Positions 50,924-63,679 of a DNA stretch of 64,000 nucleotides are shown here, in pieces. The notes beneath the pieces are model-generated. The model did no database searches and was not told the DNA's origin. It saw only the letters and a program-made list of their open reading frames with translations. Origin of the DNA: Heptranchias perlo (lineage: Eukaryota); contig NC_090326.1 of the NCBI RefSeq assembly GCF_035084215.1, forward strand, positions 27,032,001 to 27,096,000, in the 5' to 3' direction. The position numbers were made by a program, and so were the translations under genes. Within the stretch, counting starts at the first letter, position 1; the number at the start of each line of letters is the position of its first letter.

Positions 50924-52012
50924 CCATCTAATGATACCTGGAGTGAGGCATCATTAAACTGGGAACAGCCTTCCCCATGGGCTGCTCCATGCTGTAATTT
51001 TTCCTATTTGTTGCAGCATCTGTCAGTGGAGGACTGCCCCTTTAAATAGAGCTCCTCCAGCTGACAGAGCTTACTGTGCATGTGCAGTCCGCCCGACGCG
51101 CAGATCAGCAGTGGGGAACACGGAAGACCAGGTAAGTGGCTCCAATTAGGCTGCAATCGCGCGTGGGGCAGACTGATTTCACCGGGCGCGTTACCCACGC
51201 GCCCAATAGCCCCCCCGCCGCGAACCCGCAGCCCTGGTAACATCGAGCCCAATGTTTCCGGTCGAAGACCTTTCGTCAGAACTGGAGAGCAGGGGAGTTC
51301 TCCCCAGTGTCCTGGCCAATATCGACCCCTCAACAACATCCCCAAATAAAATAGATTCTCTGGTCATTGCTCTTTGTGGGACCTTGCTGCGCACAAATTG
51401 GCTGCCGTGTTTCCAAATTACAACAGTGACGACACTTCAAAGTACTTCATTGTCTGTAAAGCACTCTAAAGCGTCCTGAGGTTGTGAGAGATGCTATATA
51501 AATGCAAGTCTTTCTTTTCGTTTTTTCCTTTATTTCTTATAGTTAAAAAAGACACACACTCTGGAAGATGGAGTTAAATTCACAGCCCACATGACATCAT
51601 GTATACTACTCAGTGACAACACTGCAAGGTCAGGATAATTATCTCTGCTCAACAATTAGCCCGTTCAGCTGTAAGTGGCAGTGTGGTGCACTCAATTTAT
51701 TATCTTATTCTACATCGAGGTTAAGTGCGGGTTGTTTTGGAGTGAGTCTAGAAAAACAAGTTCCAAAATCATTTCAGTCAGGTTTACGTGAGGTAGTGGC
51801 AGGATACATGGAATTGACCACATGGCATTTTGCAGCACTCTCCCATGACTTTGTAATTGCAGTCAGTTCGGAGAACCTTAAAAGGTTCCCTACAGGCTTT
51901 ACAGGTCACATTCTGTGTTTGGTTCCACATCCAGTCTATAGGAGGAGTTTTTACAGCGAAATGTGGCAATGCTTGTCCTACAGGGACATACCGACATCGC
52001 GGAAACCCACAA

Positions 52013-52502
52013 AATGTGTACAGGGTCGTTCCCACATCCCTGATTCCTCCAACATGTGTTCAGGGTCGTTCCCACATCCCTGATTCCTCCAACATGTGTA
52101 CAGGGTCGTTCCCACATCCCTGATTCCTCCAACATGTGTTCAGGGTCGTTCCCACATCCCTGATTCCCCCAACATGTGTTCAGGGTCGTTCCCACATCCC
52201 CGATTCCTCCAACATGTGTTCAGGGTCGTTCCCACATCCCCGATTCCTCCAACATGTGTTCAGGGTCGTTCCCACATCCCTGATTCCTCCAACATGTGTT
52301 CAGGGTCGTTCCCACATCCATGATTCCCCCAACATGTGTTCAGGGTCGTTCCCACATCCCTGATTCCTCCAACATGTGTTCAGGGTCGTTCCCACATCCC
52401 TGATTCCTCCAACATGTGTTCAGGGTCGTTCCCACATCCATGATTCCCCCAACATGTGTACAGGGTCGTTCCCACATCCATGATTCCCCCAACATGTGTA
52501 CA
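52013..52502. repeat. 40-bp minisatellite, about 12 near-identical copies
   Basis: AACATGTGTTCAGGGTCGTTCCCACATCCCTGATTCCTCC. Confidence 0.97.
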
Positions 52503-52516
52503 GAATTGTACCACAA

Positions 52517-53100
52517 GGGACGTAGGGACAATCTCCGGGACCCCTCCACATAGGGACAATCTCCGGGACCCTACCCCGTACAGATGAACTCAAGGACCCC
52601 ACGGTGAGACGATCTCTGGGTCCCCACCCCGTAGGAATCATCTCCGCGACCCCTCCCCGTAGGGACCATCTCCGGGACCTCTCCCCCTCGGGACCATCTC
52701 CAGGACCCCTTCCTGTAGGTACCATCTCAGGGACCTCTCCCCCTAGGGACCATCTCCGGGACCTCTCCCCCTAGGGACCATCTCCGGGACCCCTTCCCGT
52801 AGGTACCATCTCCGGGACCCCTCCCTTTAGGGACAATCTCCGGGACCCTACCCCGTAGAGATGAACTCTGGGACCCCACGGTGAGACGATCTCTGGGTCC
52901 CCACCCCATAGGAACCATCTCTGGGACCCCTCCCCCGAGAAACAATCTACAGGACCCCGCCCCGTAGGGACCATCTCTGGGACCCATTCCCGTAGGGACC
53001 ATTTCTGGGACTATCTCCGGGACCCTTCCCCCGAGAGACAATCTACAGGACCCCGCCCCATAGGGACCATCTCCGGGACCCCAACCCGTAGAGACGATCT
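52517..53100. repeat. Diverged GC-rich minisatellite, unit about 28-29 bp
   Basis: GGGACCATCTCCGGGACCCCTCCCCGTA variants. Confidence 0.9.
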
Positions 53101-53214
53101 TCACTATTTCCTTGCTCCTGTATTGTCCCCATGCTGACAGAATGAAGGACAACAGTGGGCCAGTGGTTTCAGTAATTCAGAAGATACCTGGAAAACAAAA
53201 GGCTGAAAATTCCA

Positions 53215-53590
53215 GAGAAAGAAAGCGACTCACAATGAGAGTGACTGAAAGGGAAAGAGAAAGTGACAGAAAGTGAGTGACAGAAAGTGAGTGACAGAGA
53301 GCATGCACACGAGAGAGACACAGAGAAACACATAGACAGAGACACAGAGAAAGAGAGGCACACAGGCACAAAGATAGACAAAGAGTGCGAGCAAGAGCGA
53401 GACAGAGTCAAGAGAAAGAGTAAGAGTGCGAGAGAGTGTGTAAGAGGAGAGACAGTGTGCACAAGAGTGAAAGACAGTAAGAAACAGTTCAAGAGAGCTT
53501 GCTAGAGACTGTGTGAGAGACACTTTCAAGAGAGATGGAGCAAGAGCACAAGGGAGTGAGAGAGCATGCATGCGTGAGAGCAGACAGCAA
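53215..53590. repeat. Degenerate GA/CA low-complexity tract
   Basis: Direct observation. Confidence 0.8.
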
Positions 53591-53744
53591 GAAGGAAGTT
53601 AGGTAGGTCTGGAAATTGGGATCATTGCGAGAGAAAATGATGGGGCAGAACTGAAAAGATCACAGGGCAACACCATGATGGGCACAAACCCCATGCCAGC
53701 ATTGTCTTTTGACAAATGGTCCACATCCAAAACTTCAACCTAAC

Positions 53745-54940
53745 GGCCCACCTCCTGGAAACTAACAGGTCCATCCTACCTCACCAACAAGTCCATCCCC
53801 ACCTCAGCAACAGGTCCATCCCACCTCCTGGACACCAACAAGTCCATCCCACCTCACCAACAGGTCCATCCCACCTTACCAACAGGTCCATCCCACCTTA
53901 CCAACAAGTCCATCCCCACCTCAGCAACAGGTCCATCCCACCTCCTGGACACCAACAGGTCCATCCCACCTCACCAACAGGTCCATCCCACCTTACCAAC
54001 AAGTCCATCCCCACCTCAGCAACAGGTCCATCCCACCTCCTGGACACCAACAAGTCCATCCCACCTCACCAACAGGTCCATCCCACCTCACCAACAGGTC
54101 CATCCCACCTCCTGGACACCAACAGGTCCATCCCACCTCACCAACAGGTCCATCCCCACCTCAGCAACAGGTCCATCCCACCTCCTGGACACCAACAGGT
54201 CCATCCCACCTCACCAACAGGTCCATCCCACCTTACCAACAAGTCCATCCCCACCTCAGCAACAGGTCCATCCCACCTCCTGGACACCAACAGGTCCATC
54301 CCACCTCACCAACAGGTCCATCCCACCTTACCAACAGATCCATCACACCTCTTGGACACCAACAGGTCCAGCCCACCTCACCAATAGGTCCATCCCACCT
54401 CACCAACAGGTCCATCCCATCTCACCAACAGGTCCAGCCCACCTTACCAACAGATCCATCACACCTCTTGGACACCAACAGGTCCATCCCACCTCACCAA
54501 CAGGTCCATCCCACCTCACCAACAGGTCCAGCCCACCTCACCAACAGGTCCAGCCCACCTCACCAACAGGTCCATCCCACCTCACCAACAGGTCCATCCC
54601 ACCTCACCAACAGGTCCAGCCCACCTCACCAACAGGTCCAGCCCACCTCACCAACAGGTCCATCCCACCTCACCAACAGGTCCATCCCACCTCACCAACA
54701 GGTCCATCCCACCTCACCAACAGGTCCATCCCACCTCACCAACAGGTCCATCCCACCTCACCAACAGGTCCATCCCACCTCACCAACAGGTCCATCCCAC
54801 CTCACCAATAGGTCCATCCCACCTCACCAACAGGTCCATCCCACCTCACCAACAGGTCCATCCCACCTCACCAATAGGTCCATCCCACCTCACCAACAGG
54901 TCCATCCCACCTCACCAACAGGTCCATCCCACCTCACCAG
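53745..54940. repeat. 22-bp minisatellite (CACCAACAGGTCCATCCCACCT) with 23- and 28-bp variants
   Basis: Direct tandem repetition over about 1.2 kb. Confidence 0.97.
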
Positions 54941-55294
54941 CAGTCCCAATTGTAAAGAAAATAAATGATATAGTCAAGGTCTGAAGTTACTAAAGGCAAT
55001 ATTCAGACCAGAGGACTGCTGAATGTCCAGGAGAAAGATGAGACAAGACAGTGAGGTTAGATTGGGAATGGGAGGTGGAAATAAAATGGAAACCCATAGA
55101 GAAATCAGGGTCGCAAGTGTGAACAGAATGGAGGTGTTCGGCAAAGCGGTCACCTAATCTACATCTGGTCTCTCAATGTAGAGAAGACTGCACATATAAT
55201 ATCCTAGATTGACCAGCAAATATAATATCCTAGATTGGAGGAAAAGTGATCGATCATTTTTGTCATGACATAACACAACATGATGCCTGTTAAC

Positions 55295-55330
55295 ATTATT
55301 ATTATTATGATAATTATTATTATTATTATA
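55295..55330. repeat. (ATT)n microsatellite
   Basis: Direct observation. Confidence 0.9.
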
Positions 55331-55767
55331 TGCTTTTTGTTTCGCAGCTTGTTGATATCCACTTTTTCATGAAGATGGTAGCTCTTAAAAAGATAGAACA
55401 TAAAGTGCTTAACACACAAGAATGAATCAACATACAGCATGGCCTTCAAACAAATTGGTTTACAGCTGTGTAGCAGACACAAACCTTTTACAGCCTCACA
55501 AACCTGCGTAACACGGATAATCACGGACTTTAACTAACGGATTGGTAATGTTCACTACGGATTTTCGGATTCAGCTAAGTACCAGGCTGCTTTTTATTTT
55601 CAAGTCGGTGGAGGCTGCACTTCCCCCTCCCTTCCCTGGGGAACTCTACCACAAAGGGGAAATGGGAAAAGATTTAAAGTAGTTCGGTTCCTCCAGCTTC
55701 ATGAGTTTTTTCTTAAAATCAAACTTTTATGCAATTAATGGTCGTATTAATTGTTACTTCTAGACTC

Positions 55768-56310
55768 AACTGCTCTCCTGACCGGCCTCCCACCTTATAC
55801 CCTCTGTAAACTTGGGCTCATCCAAAACTCTGCTGCCCATATCCTAACTCGCACCAAGTCCCGTTCACCCATCACCCCTGTGCTCGTTGACCTACATTGG
55901 CTCCCAGTCTGGCAATGCCTCGATCTTAAAATTCTCATCCTTGTTTTCAAATCCCTCTGTGGCCTCGTCCCTCCCTATCACTGTCACCTCCTCCAACCCT
56001 CCAAAATCTCTGTGCTCCTCCAATTCTGGCCTCTTGCGCATCCCCGATTTTTATCACTTCACCATTGGCGGCCGTGCCTTCAGCTGCCTAGGCTCTAAGC
56101 TCTGGAATTTCCTCCCTATTCCACTCTACCTCTCTCTCCTCCTTTAAGACGCTCCTTAAAACCTACCTCTTTGGCCAAGCTTTTGGTCACCTGTCCTAAT
56201 ATCTGATGTGGCTCGGTGTCAATTTTTGTCTGATTACACTCCTGTGAAGCGCTTTGGGACGTTTTACTACGTTAAAATGGTGCTATATAAATGCAAGTTG
56301 TTGTTTTTGT
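55768..56310 (+). mobile_element. L2 LINE 3' portion
   Basis: IQNSAAHILT..ITPVLVDLHWLPV..LKILILVFK; tail GCTATATAAATGCAAG(TTG)n. Confidence 0.92.
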
Positions 56311-56729
56311 TGCACAAGAGCACATGGTATTGCACCAGACACACCAAGCAGGAAACTCCCTGATCTTTCCTGGGTCAACTGATCTCAATTAGAGCAGCAG
56401 TAGCTCTGCCACAATTGGCCTCAGTGTTCCTCTGCTAACAAAGAGCAGGGGAGGCGGGGGTAAGGGGGGGGTCAGACAGGGTTCCTGTTCCTGATCCCTA
56501 TCTAGCAACTTGGATAAAAGAAACCAGAGGGCTTCGGGTGCCCATGGAACGATGCTCCAGCATGAGTCAGTGCATTCAGGAGAGCAGGGGCAAAGAAATT
56601 AGAAAAGAAAAGTTTTGGGATGTAGTAGATATCATTTTTACTGGAGGGTAAAACTGCATTGTACAGTCTTTGGATTAGATTGTTCCAGTAATGAGCCCAT
56701 ACAACCGACATCTTTTGGCCACCGTGCAG

Positions 56730-57380
56730 CAAACCAAGCACTGGTGTTCATTTCTAGAGAAATAGAACTTAAAAGCAGGGAAGTTATGTTAAACTTGTAC
56801 AAAACCTTGGTAAGACCACACTTGGAGTACTGTGCACAGTTCTAGTCTCCATATTATAAAAAGGATATAGAGGCACTGGAGAAGGTGCAAAAAAGATTTA
56901 CTCGAACAATAGCAGAACTGAGAGGTTATACCTATCAGGAAAGGCTGAACAGGCTGGGGCTCCTTTTTCTAGAAAAGAGAAGGCTGAGGGGTGACCTGAT
57001 AGAAGGCTTTGAAATTATGAAGGGGTTCGATAGAGTAGATGCAGAGAAGATGTTACCACTTATGGAGAAGTCCAAAACTAGGGTCATAAATATAAGATAG
57101 TCACCAATAAATCCAATAAGGAATTCAGGGGAAATGTCTTTACTCAGAGAGTGGTGAGAATGTAGAACGCACTACCACAAGGAGTAATTGAGACAAATAA
57201 TATAGATGCCTTTAAGGGGAAGCTAGATCAGTACAAAAGGGAGAAAGGAATAGGAGGTTATGCTGATAGGGTGAGATGAAGTAAAGTGGGAGGAGGCTTG
57301 TGTGGAGTATAAACGCCGCCATAGACCAGTTGGGCCGAATGGCCTGTTTTTATGCTGTAGTTTCGATGCAACTCGATGTA
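56730..57380 (+). mobile_element. CR1 3' portion
   Basis: LYKTLVRPHLEYCAQF, YQERLNRLGL..RRLRGDLIE. Confidence 0.92.
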
Positions 57381-58702
57381 ACTGACATCAGTCCAAAATT
57401 TGCCTTTTATTGGTTTGAAACTGTATCCCTTTAGTCCTAAGCAGAGAATGTTCTGGAGGTAGAAAAATGTGGCAGTCTTGGCAACAGACTAGATGTGGGG
57501 TAAAAAGGTCAGCTCAGGATTTAATGGAACACAGAGGTTACACACTACCGATTCAGCTTGAGCAGACAACTGGAGATGATGATGCAGACAGAATGAAAGG
57601 CATGTAGGTGTTTATGGGAGCTGAAGATGGCAGCTTTCGTTTTTAAATCGATATTGAGCTGGATGAAGCTGCGACTTAATCAGGTGGTTAAGTAATACAG
57701 CAACAGCCTTGGTCTCCAGCAAAAGAAGACCATGGAATTATATTAGAAGGTAGGATTATCCTGGCTTCCTTTGAGCAAGTGAAGTGGTCCTATTAAAGCA
57801 GGACTATTTAATAGAACACTCCACCTTAAAAGTTTCTTCTTGCTCTGTGGAAGTGGCTGGCCTCCAATTGAAATCAGGGATCCACTGTGCGGGTTATCAC
57901 AGGTACAGACTCATGTCCCATCACTCGACGGTTGTGGCATTCTGCATTGTGGCCTTTGACTAAAAAAGCTAATGCAGAACACTACTTTAAATTAAGCTAC
58001 TGCGAAGGCGGGGTTAAAATCCCATTCATGTGATAACAGGCCACTGAAATTATTTTCTAAAAAGATACATGTGAATTTGGGGCCTGACTGGCACATTTCA
58101 CACACATCAAACATTCCTGGCATGGACCAAGGATCTGTACATGCTGTACCTAAGAATTTAAATAAGAATTACAAGATGTACTTTCTCAAACGGTGCCAAG
58201 CTTTGTTTAAAAAAAACACGAAACGTTTTTAATTATTGGGTTTTACAAGGTTAATGAACAGTTCTTGGAAAATTATCAATGAATGACTCAAGGATGGAGG
58301 AGATGATTTCTTCCTCCCTTCCTCATGACATATCCTTTTACAATTACAGCCCACACAGAATAACCACATTGCATGTCTGTGAATCCAATGCTTCTGCCCA
58401 ACAATCACCAGCACTATCTGCAAACCACATCTCATGCGACGGAAAACACAGAGGGGCCGATTCTGGAAGGAGAAGGGAGACTTATATTGCTACTGGATCG
58501 ACTAGACGTTTGTGCAAACTGCACTTTTCACAAACTTGTTCTAAAATGAGATAAAGTCAGCAGCTCAATAGCAAAGGGCAGTTAGCACAATCCTCCCCTT
58601 CATGGGCTTCTCATCTCAACAGCAGCCATTCATTCTGCTTCACAGGTTACATTTGGGTTTCATCAGGTCGCTGCTGGGTTGCAAAATGGAATGGCAACCT
58701 GT

Positions 58703-59295
58703 AGAAGAGAAAGGAGGGGGAAGAGGAGGAAGGAGGGGGCAGAGGAGGAAGGAGGGGGAAGAGGAGGAAGGGGGGGGGGAAGAAGAGGAAGGAGGGGGAA
58801 GAAGAGGAAGGATGGGGTCGGAGGGGGAAGGAGGAGGAAGGAGGAGGAAGGAGAGGAAACGAAGGAAGGAGGGGGAAGAAGGAGGGAGGGGGAAGGAGGT
58901 GGAAGAGAGGAAAGGAAGGGAAGAGGAGAGGAAGAGAGGAGAAAGGTGGGGAAGAGAGGAGGATGGTGGGGAAGAGGAGGCAGAAAAGGGAAGAGGAGGA
59001 GGAAGGTGGGGAAAGAGAGGAGGAAGGAGGGGAGGAGAGGAAGGAGTTGGAAAAAGAGGAAGGAGGGAGAAGTGGGGGAAATGGAGGAAGGAGGGGGGAA
59101 AGGAAAGACTGGAAAGAAGAGGAGGAAGGGGGGAGAAGAGGATGAAGTGGAGGAAGAGGAACGAGGGGAAGAAAAGGAAGGAGGGGAAGAATACAAGGAA
59201 GGAGGGGAAGGAGGGAGAAGAGGAGGAGGAAGGAAGGGAGGAGAGGAGGAAGGAGGGGGAAGAGAGGATGAAGGAGGGGGATGGGGAGGAAGGAG
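58703..59295. repeat. Polypurine (G/A) tract, about 590 bp
   Basis: Almost only G and A on the + strand. Confidence 0.95.
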
Positions 59296-61137
59296 GTAAA
59301 ATAGAATGAGAGTAAACTAGTGAGAAACATAAAAACAGACTGTAAAAGCTCCTATAGGTATGTAAAAAGGAAAAGACTGGCAAAGACAAATGTGGTTCCC
59401 TTACAGACAGAGATGGGAAAATTTATAATGGGGAATAAGGAAATGGCAGAGAAATTAAAGAAATACTCTATGTCTGTCTTCACGGAAGAAAACACAAAAA
59501 ATCTCCCAGAAATACTAGAGAACCAAGGGTCTGACGAAAATGAGGAACTGAAGGAAATTAGTATTAGTAAAAAAAATAGTACGAGAGAAATTAATGGGAC
59601 TGAAAGTCGATAAATCCCAAGGACCTGATGATCGACATCCCAGGGTTTTGAAAGAGGTGGCTGTAGAGATAGTGGATGCATTGGTTGTCATCTTCCAAAA
59701 TTCTACAGATTCTGGAAAGGTTCCTGCAGATTGGAGGGTAGCAAATGTAACCCCACTATTTAAGAAAGGAGGGAGAGAGAAAACAGGGAACTGCAGACCT
59801 GTTAGCCTGACATCAGTAGTAGGGAAAATGCTAGAATCTATTATAAAGGATGTGATAACAAGACACTTCGAAAATAATAGGATTTGGCAGAGCCATCATT
59901 GATTTATGAAAGGGAAATCATGTTTGACAAACCTATTAGAGTTCTTTGAGGATGTAACTAGTAGAATAGATAAGGGGGAACCAGTGGATGTGGTGTATTT
60001 GGATTTTCAGAAGGCTTTCGATAAGATCCCACACAGGAAGTTGGTGAACAAAGTTAGAGCACATGGGGATAATATACCGGCATGGATTGAGAATTGGTTA
60101 ACAGACAGAAAACAGAGAGTAGGAATAAACGGGTCTTTTTCAGATTGGCAGACTGTGTCTAGTGGGGTACCGCAGGGATCAGTGCTTGGGCCCCAGCTAT
60201 TCACAATCTATAACAATGATTTGGATGAGGGGACCAAATATTTCCAAGTTTGCTGATGACACAAAACTAGGTGGGAATGTGAGTTGTGAGGAGGATGCAG
60301 AGGCTTCAAGAGGATATAGACAGGCTAAGTGAGTGGACAAGAACATAGCAGATGGAATATAATGTGGAAAAATGTGAAGTTATCCACTTTGGTCAGAAAA
60401 ACAGAAATGCAGAGCATTTTTTAAATGGTGAGAGATTGGGAAATATTGATGTTCAAAGGGACCTGGGTGTCCTTGTACATGAGTCACTGAAAGCTAACAT
60501 GCAGGTGCAGCAGGCAATTAGGAAGGCAAATGGTATGTTGGCCTTTATTACAAGAGGATTTGAGTACAGGAGTAAAGATGAATTATTGCAATTATATCGG
60601 GCCTTGGTGAGACCGCACCTGGAGTATTATATACAATTTTGGTCTCCTTACCTAAGAAAAGATATACTTGCCATAGAGGGAGTGCAACGAAGGTTCACCA
60701 GACTGATTCCTGGGATGGCGGGATTGTCATATGAGGAGAGATTGAGAAGACTCGGCCTGTATTCTCTAGAGTTTAGAAGAATGAGAGGTGATCTCATTGA
60801 AACATACAAAATTCTTACAGGTCTCGACAGGGTAGATGCAGGGAGGATGTTTCCCCTGGCTGAGGAGTCTACAACCAGGGGTCACAGTCTCAGAATAAGG
60901 GGTAGGTCATTTAGGACTGAGATGAAGAGAAATTTCTTCACTCAGAGGGTGGTGAATCTTTGGAATTCTCTACCTCAGAGGGCTGTGGAGGCTCAGTCAT
61001 CGAGTACATTCAAAACAGAGATCGATAGATTTCTACATATTAAAGGCATCAAGGGATATGGGGATGGTGCAGGAAAATGGCGGTACAGGCCCAAGGGGCC
61101 AGATGGCCTACTCCTGCTCCTGTTTCTTATGTTCTTA
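59292..61137 (+). mobile_element. 5'-truncated CR1 LINE ORF2, frameshifted
   Basis: [41 protein letters not shown]; (TTCTTATG)n tail. Confidence 0.96.
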
Positions 61138-62410
61138 TTAGGAGGGGGAAGAAAAAGAGGAGGAAGGAGGTGGAAGAAGACCAGGAAGGATGGAGAAGGG
61201 GAAAGAGGGGTGGAAGAGGTAGTAGGTGAGACACAATACTGGCACAATACAAACCAGTAAATGACAAGTTCAGGACTGATATCAGGAAGCACTTATCCAC
61301 AAAGAGCAATGAAGACCCAGAGAAGTCTTACGGGTGGGGCAATGGAGGAAAAATCTTTGGAGCCATTCATGAGGTAGTAAGATGGCATAATGGGGGAGAG
61401 TGTAGGTTTCTATGTAAGGATGTCCTGGATGGGCTGAGTGGCCTCCCTCACCTGTAGTTATATTTATGATCTTAAATGTGGCGGTAGTTGCCACTAGCAG
61501 GCTTTTAAAAAGAAACTCAAAGCATCTGCTGATGACCCCACACCAGTCCCAAGCAAGGTAGAATACGATCAGATGACAACTTCTGTGCCATTTTATTGAC
61601 ATGCTCTGGCAGCGGTGGGATGTGGGCAACATGGATTATGATCTATTTCCTTGGACTATTTTCCCATTTCTAGTAAAGTCACAGGGTCATGAAGTCCTAC
61701 AGACTGGCACAAGAGCAGTTTTTTTCACCACTTTCCACTTTCTCGGCTCCACCAAAGCTATTCATTCCAGCCTGCCTTATTGGTTCCCTGCTGTGATCCC
61801 GACGATAAAAATTCCATTAACATTCCCTTGAAGAAAAGTCATATTTTTTAAGCTGTTTCGCCAACAACAATAGCTTCTGAAGGCACTTCAGTTACGCTGT
61901 GCCAGCATCTTTGTTTCACACTAATATATATTTCTACTTCATGCCCTCAACTGCCCTGTGGCCTTAGAATTGATTGCCCATTAAAAGCATCAGGCTGTCA
62001 CGTTTACTATGATCTGTTCAAGAAAAATTACACACAAATAATTGTCTGACATTTATTTTCCCTCAAATGCATCTGGATCAATAGGATTTCATTGAAAGTC
62101 CACTGGGTTTCATTTCTCTTTAATCACCAATGTATAATAATTCTGTCAAAGGAAAGTACTGGAGAATGGATGACTGGAATGCTTAATCTACCAGCTTCTA
62201 AATGTTTTCCTGATTTGGCCCCCCTCCCTGTTTACACCAAAGGCTGTTGTAAAACAGTTTACTCCTGTATGCCTCGTGATAAAGTGTGGACCCAGGCCTT
62301 GCAAGCCAGGTTCTCAAGTTCGACTCTGATCTGTGCCAAGTTCGCAAATCTCAGCCAGGGCGCTACAATCCCCACGGCACGATTAGGTCACGGGGGGTTG
62401 GGAGGAAGGA

Positions 62411-62780
62411 AGACTCGCCTTTATATAGCATCTTTCATGACCTCAGGATGTCCCAATGAGCTCGACAGCCAATGAAGTACTTTTGAAGTGTAGTCACTGT
62501 TTTAAATAGGGAAATACAGCAGCCAATTTGCACACAGCAAGGTATCACAAATAGCTAGGAAGTATTGACCAGATAATCCGTCTTTAGTGATATTGGTTGA
62601 AGAATAAATGTTGGCCAGGAGTCCACTGCTCTTCTTCGAAATAGTGCGATGGGTTTTATCGCATTCACCCGTGAGGTTTAACGTCTCATCCAAAAGACGG
62701 CACCTCCGACAGTCTAGCACCCCCTCAGCATTGTACCGAAAGGTCAGCCTCGATTTGTGTGCTCAAGTCTCCGGAGTGGG
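62411..62780 (-). mobile_element. DeuSINE, diverged
   Basis: Reverse complement of tail and Deu core. Confidence 0.82.
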
Positions 62781-63012
62781 GAGGTAAATTAACCAGGGTT
62801 TCTACTTATTATCTGGTGACCCACCTACTCCCCATGCTGATATCTTCAGGAGAAAGGGGGGAAAAATTGTGGTGGAGGTGGGGAGTTTAAAAAGAGTTTA
62901 TTAAAAGCCTCAATACAAAGAGGCTGAATGCTGGAAATTTTTAAGGAATAAGGTGGTCTTGACATCATCAGAAACAATTCCTCTCACCTAGAGTATGGCT
63001 TAGAAATTCATG

Positions 63013-63679
63013 ATGTGGATACGTTGCAGGAAAGGATGCCTCGGAGCATGGTACATTGGTGAGACCATGCAGACACTGCAACAACGGATGAATGGACACC
63101 GCGGAACAATCGCCAGACAGGAGGGTTCCCTCCCAGTCGGAGAACACTTCAGCAGTCAAGGACATTCAGCCACCAATCTTCGGGTAAGCGTTCTCCAAGG
63201 CGGCCTTCGAGACACACGACAATGCAAAATCGTCGAGCAGAAATTGATAGCCAAGTTCCACACCCATGAGGACGGCCTCAACCGGGATCTTGGGTTCATG
63301 TCACGCTACACGTAACCCCACCAGCGGAAAAAAAAGTTATCTGTTTTTAATACAACTGGTCATTCTCTCTCTTTCTCTTCCTTTCGGATGTTTCTCTCTC
63401 TCTCTCTCTCTCTCTCTGTCTTTGGTTCTGGCCGTTTGTATATTCAGTAGTCTTGTATCAAATGTCTCTCTGTCTGAACACTATTCAATTCCTTTGATTG
63501 CCTTGATAACGGGCAGTTGGAAAGATTATCTGTAATCACCAGGCGTTGTTCTCTGACTATATATGCAGTAACTTTCAAGGAATCCCACACTCACCTGACG
63601 AAGGAGAAAGCCTCCGAAAGCTTGTGATTTCCAAATAAAACTGTTGGACTATAACCTGGTGTTGTAAGATTCCTTACAC
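63013..63679 (+). mobile_element. 5'-truncated Penelope-like element (GIY-YIG endonuclease plus terminal repeat)
   Basis: IRC..C...YIGET.QTL.QRMNGHR...VGEHF....H...E.KLI......GLN; 12-bp TSD TAGAAATTCATG at 63001-63012 and 63680-63691. Confidence 0.92.
63591..63627 (+). ncRNA. Minimal type I hammerhead ribozyme in the Penelope terminal repeat
   Basis: UCAC-CUGACGA-A-GGAG(AAAGC)CUCC-GAAA-GC-UU-GUGA; helix I UCAC/GUGA, helix II GGAG/CUCC, palindromic AGCU in place of helix III. Confidence 0.75.

Larger units (their letters stand above)
49255..51250. mobile_element. PIF/Harbinger DNA transposon, internally deleted
   Basis: TIRs GGGCTCCATTTTA / TAACATCGAGCCC, 3-bp TSD AAT, convergent transposase and Myb/SANT remnants. 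Confidence 0.9.
49186..51283 (-). mobile_element. Short Penelope-terminal-repeat-like element (49186-49254 plus 51254-51283), split by a Harbinger element
   Basis: Rejoined minus strand gives AGTT-CTGACGA-A-AGGTCTTCGACCG-GAAA-CATT-AACT, a hammerhead-like core typical of Penelope terminal repeats. Confidence 0.6.
48945..51517 (+). mobile_element. DeuSINE split into 48945-49185 and 51283-51517 by nested insertions
   Basis: Head and Deu core on the left, remainder and tail on the right; an imperfect duplication of about 15 bp (GAG.AGGGGAGTTCT) lies on both sides of the insert. Confidence 0.85.

Noticed and set aside
52013-52502. CRISPR-like array (also considered for 11165, 26210 and 53745)
   Set aside because: Units are contiguous with no unique spacers and there are no cas genes; the context is a vertebrate genome.
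53104-53187. Possible terminal exon VSSELLKPLAHCCPSFCQHGDNTGARK*
   Set aside because: The acceptor is explained by the adjacent CT-rich tract; there is no linked upstream exon or recognisable homology.
53716-54968. Long repetitive ORFs (223 and 166 aa)
   Set aside because: They arise from a stop-free minisatellite whose 22-bp unit cycles through the frames; no splice or codon support.
58602-59389. Overlapping 177-249 aa ORFs on both strands
   Set aside because: Artefact of the polypurine tract, which lacks stop codons.
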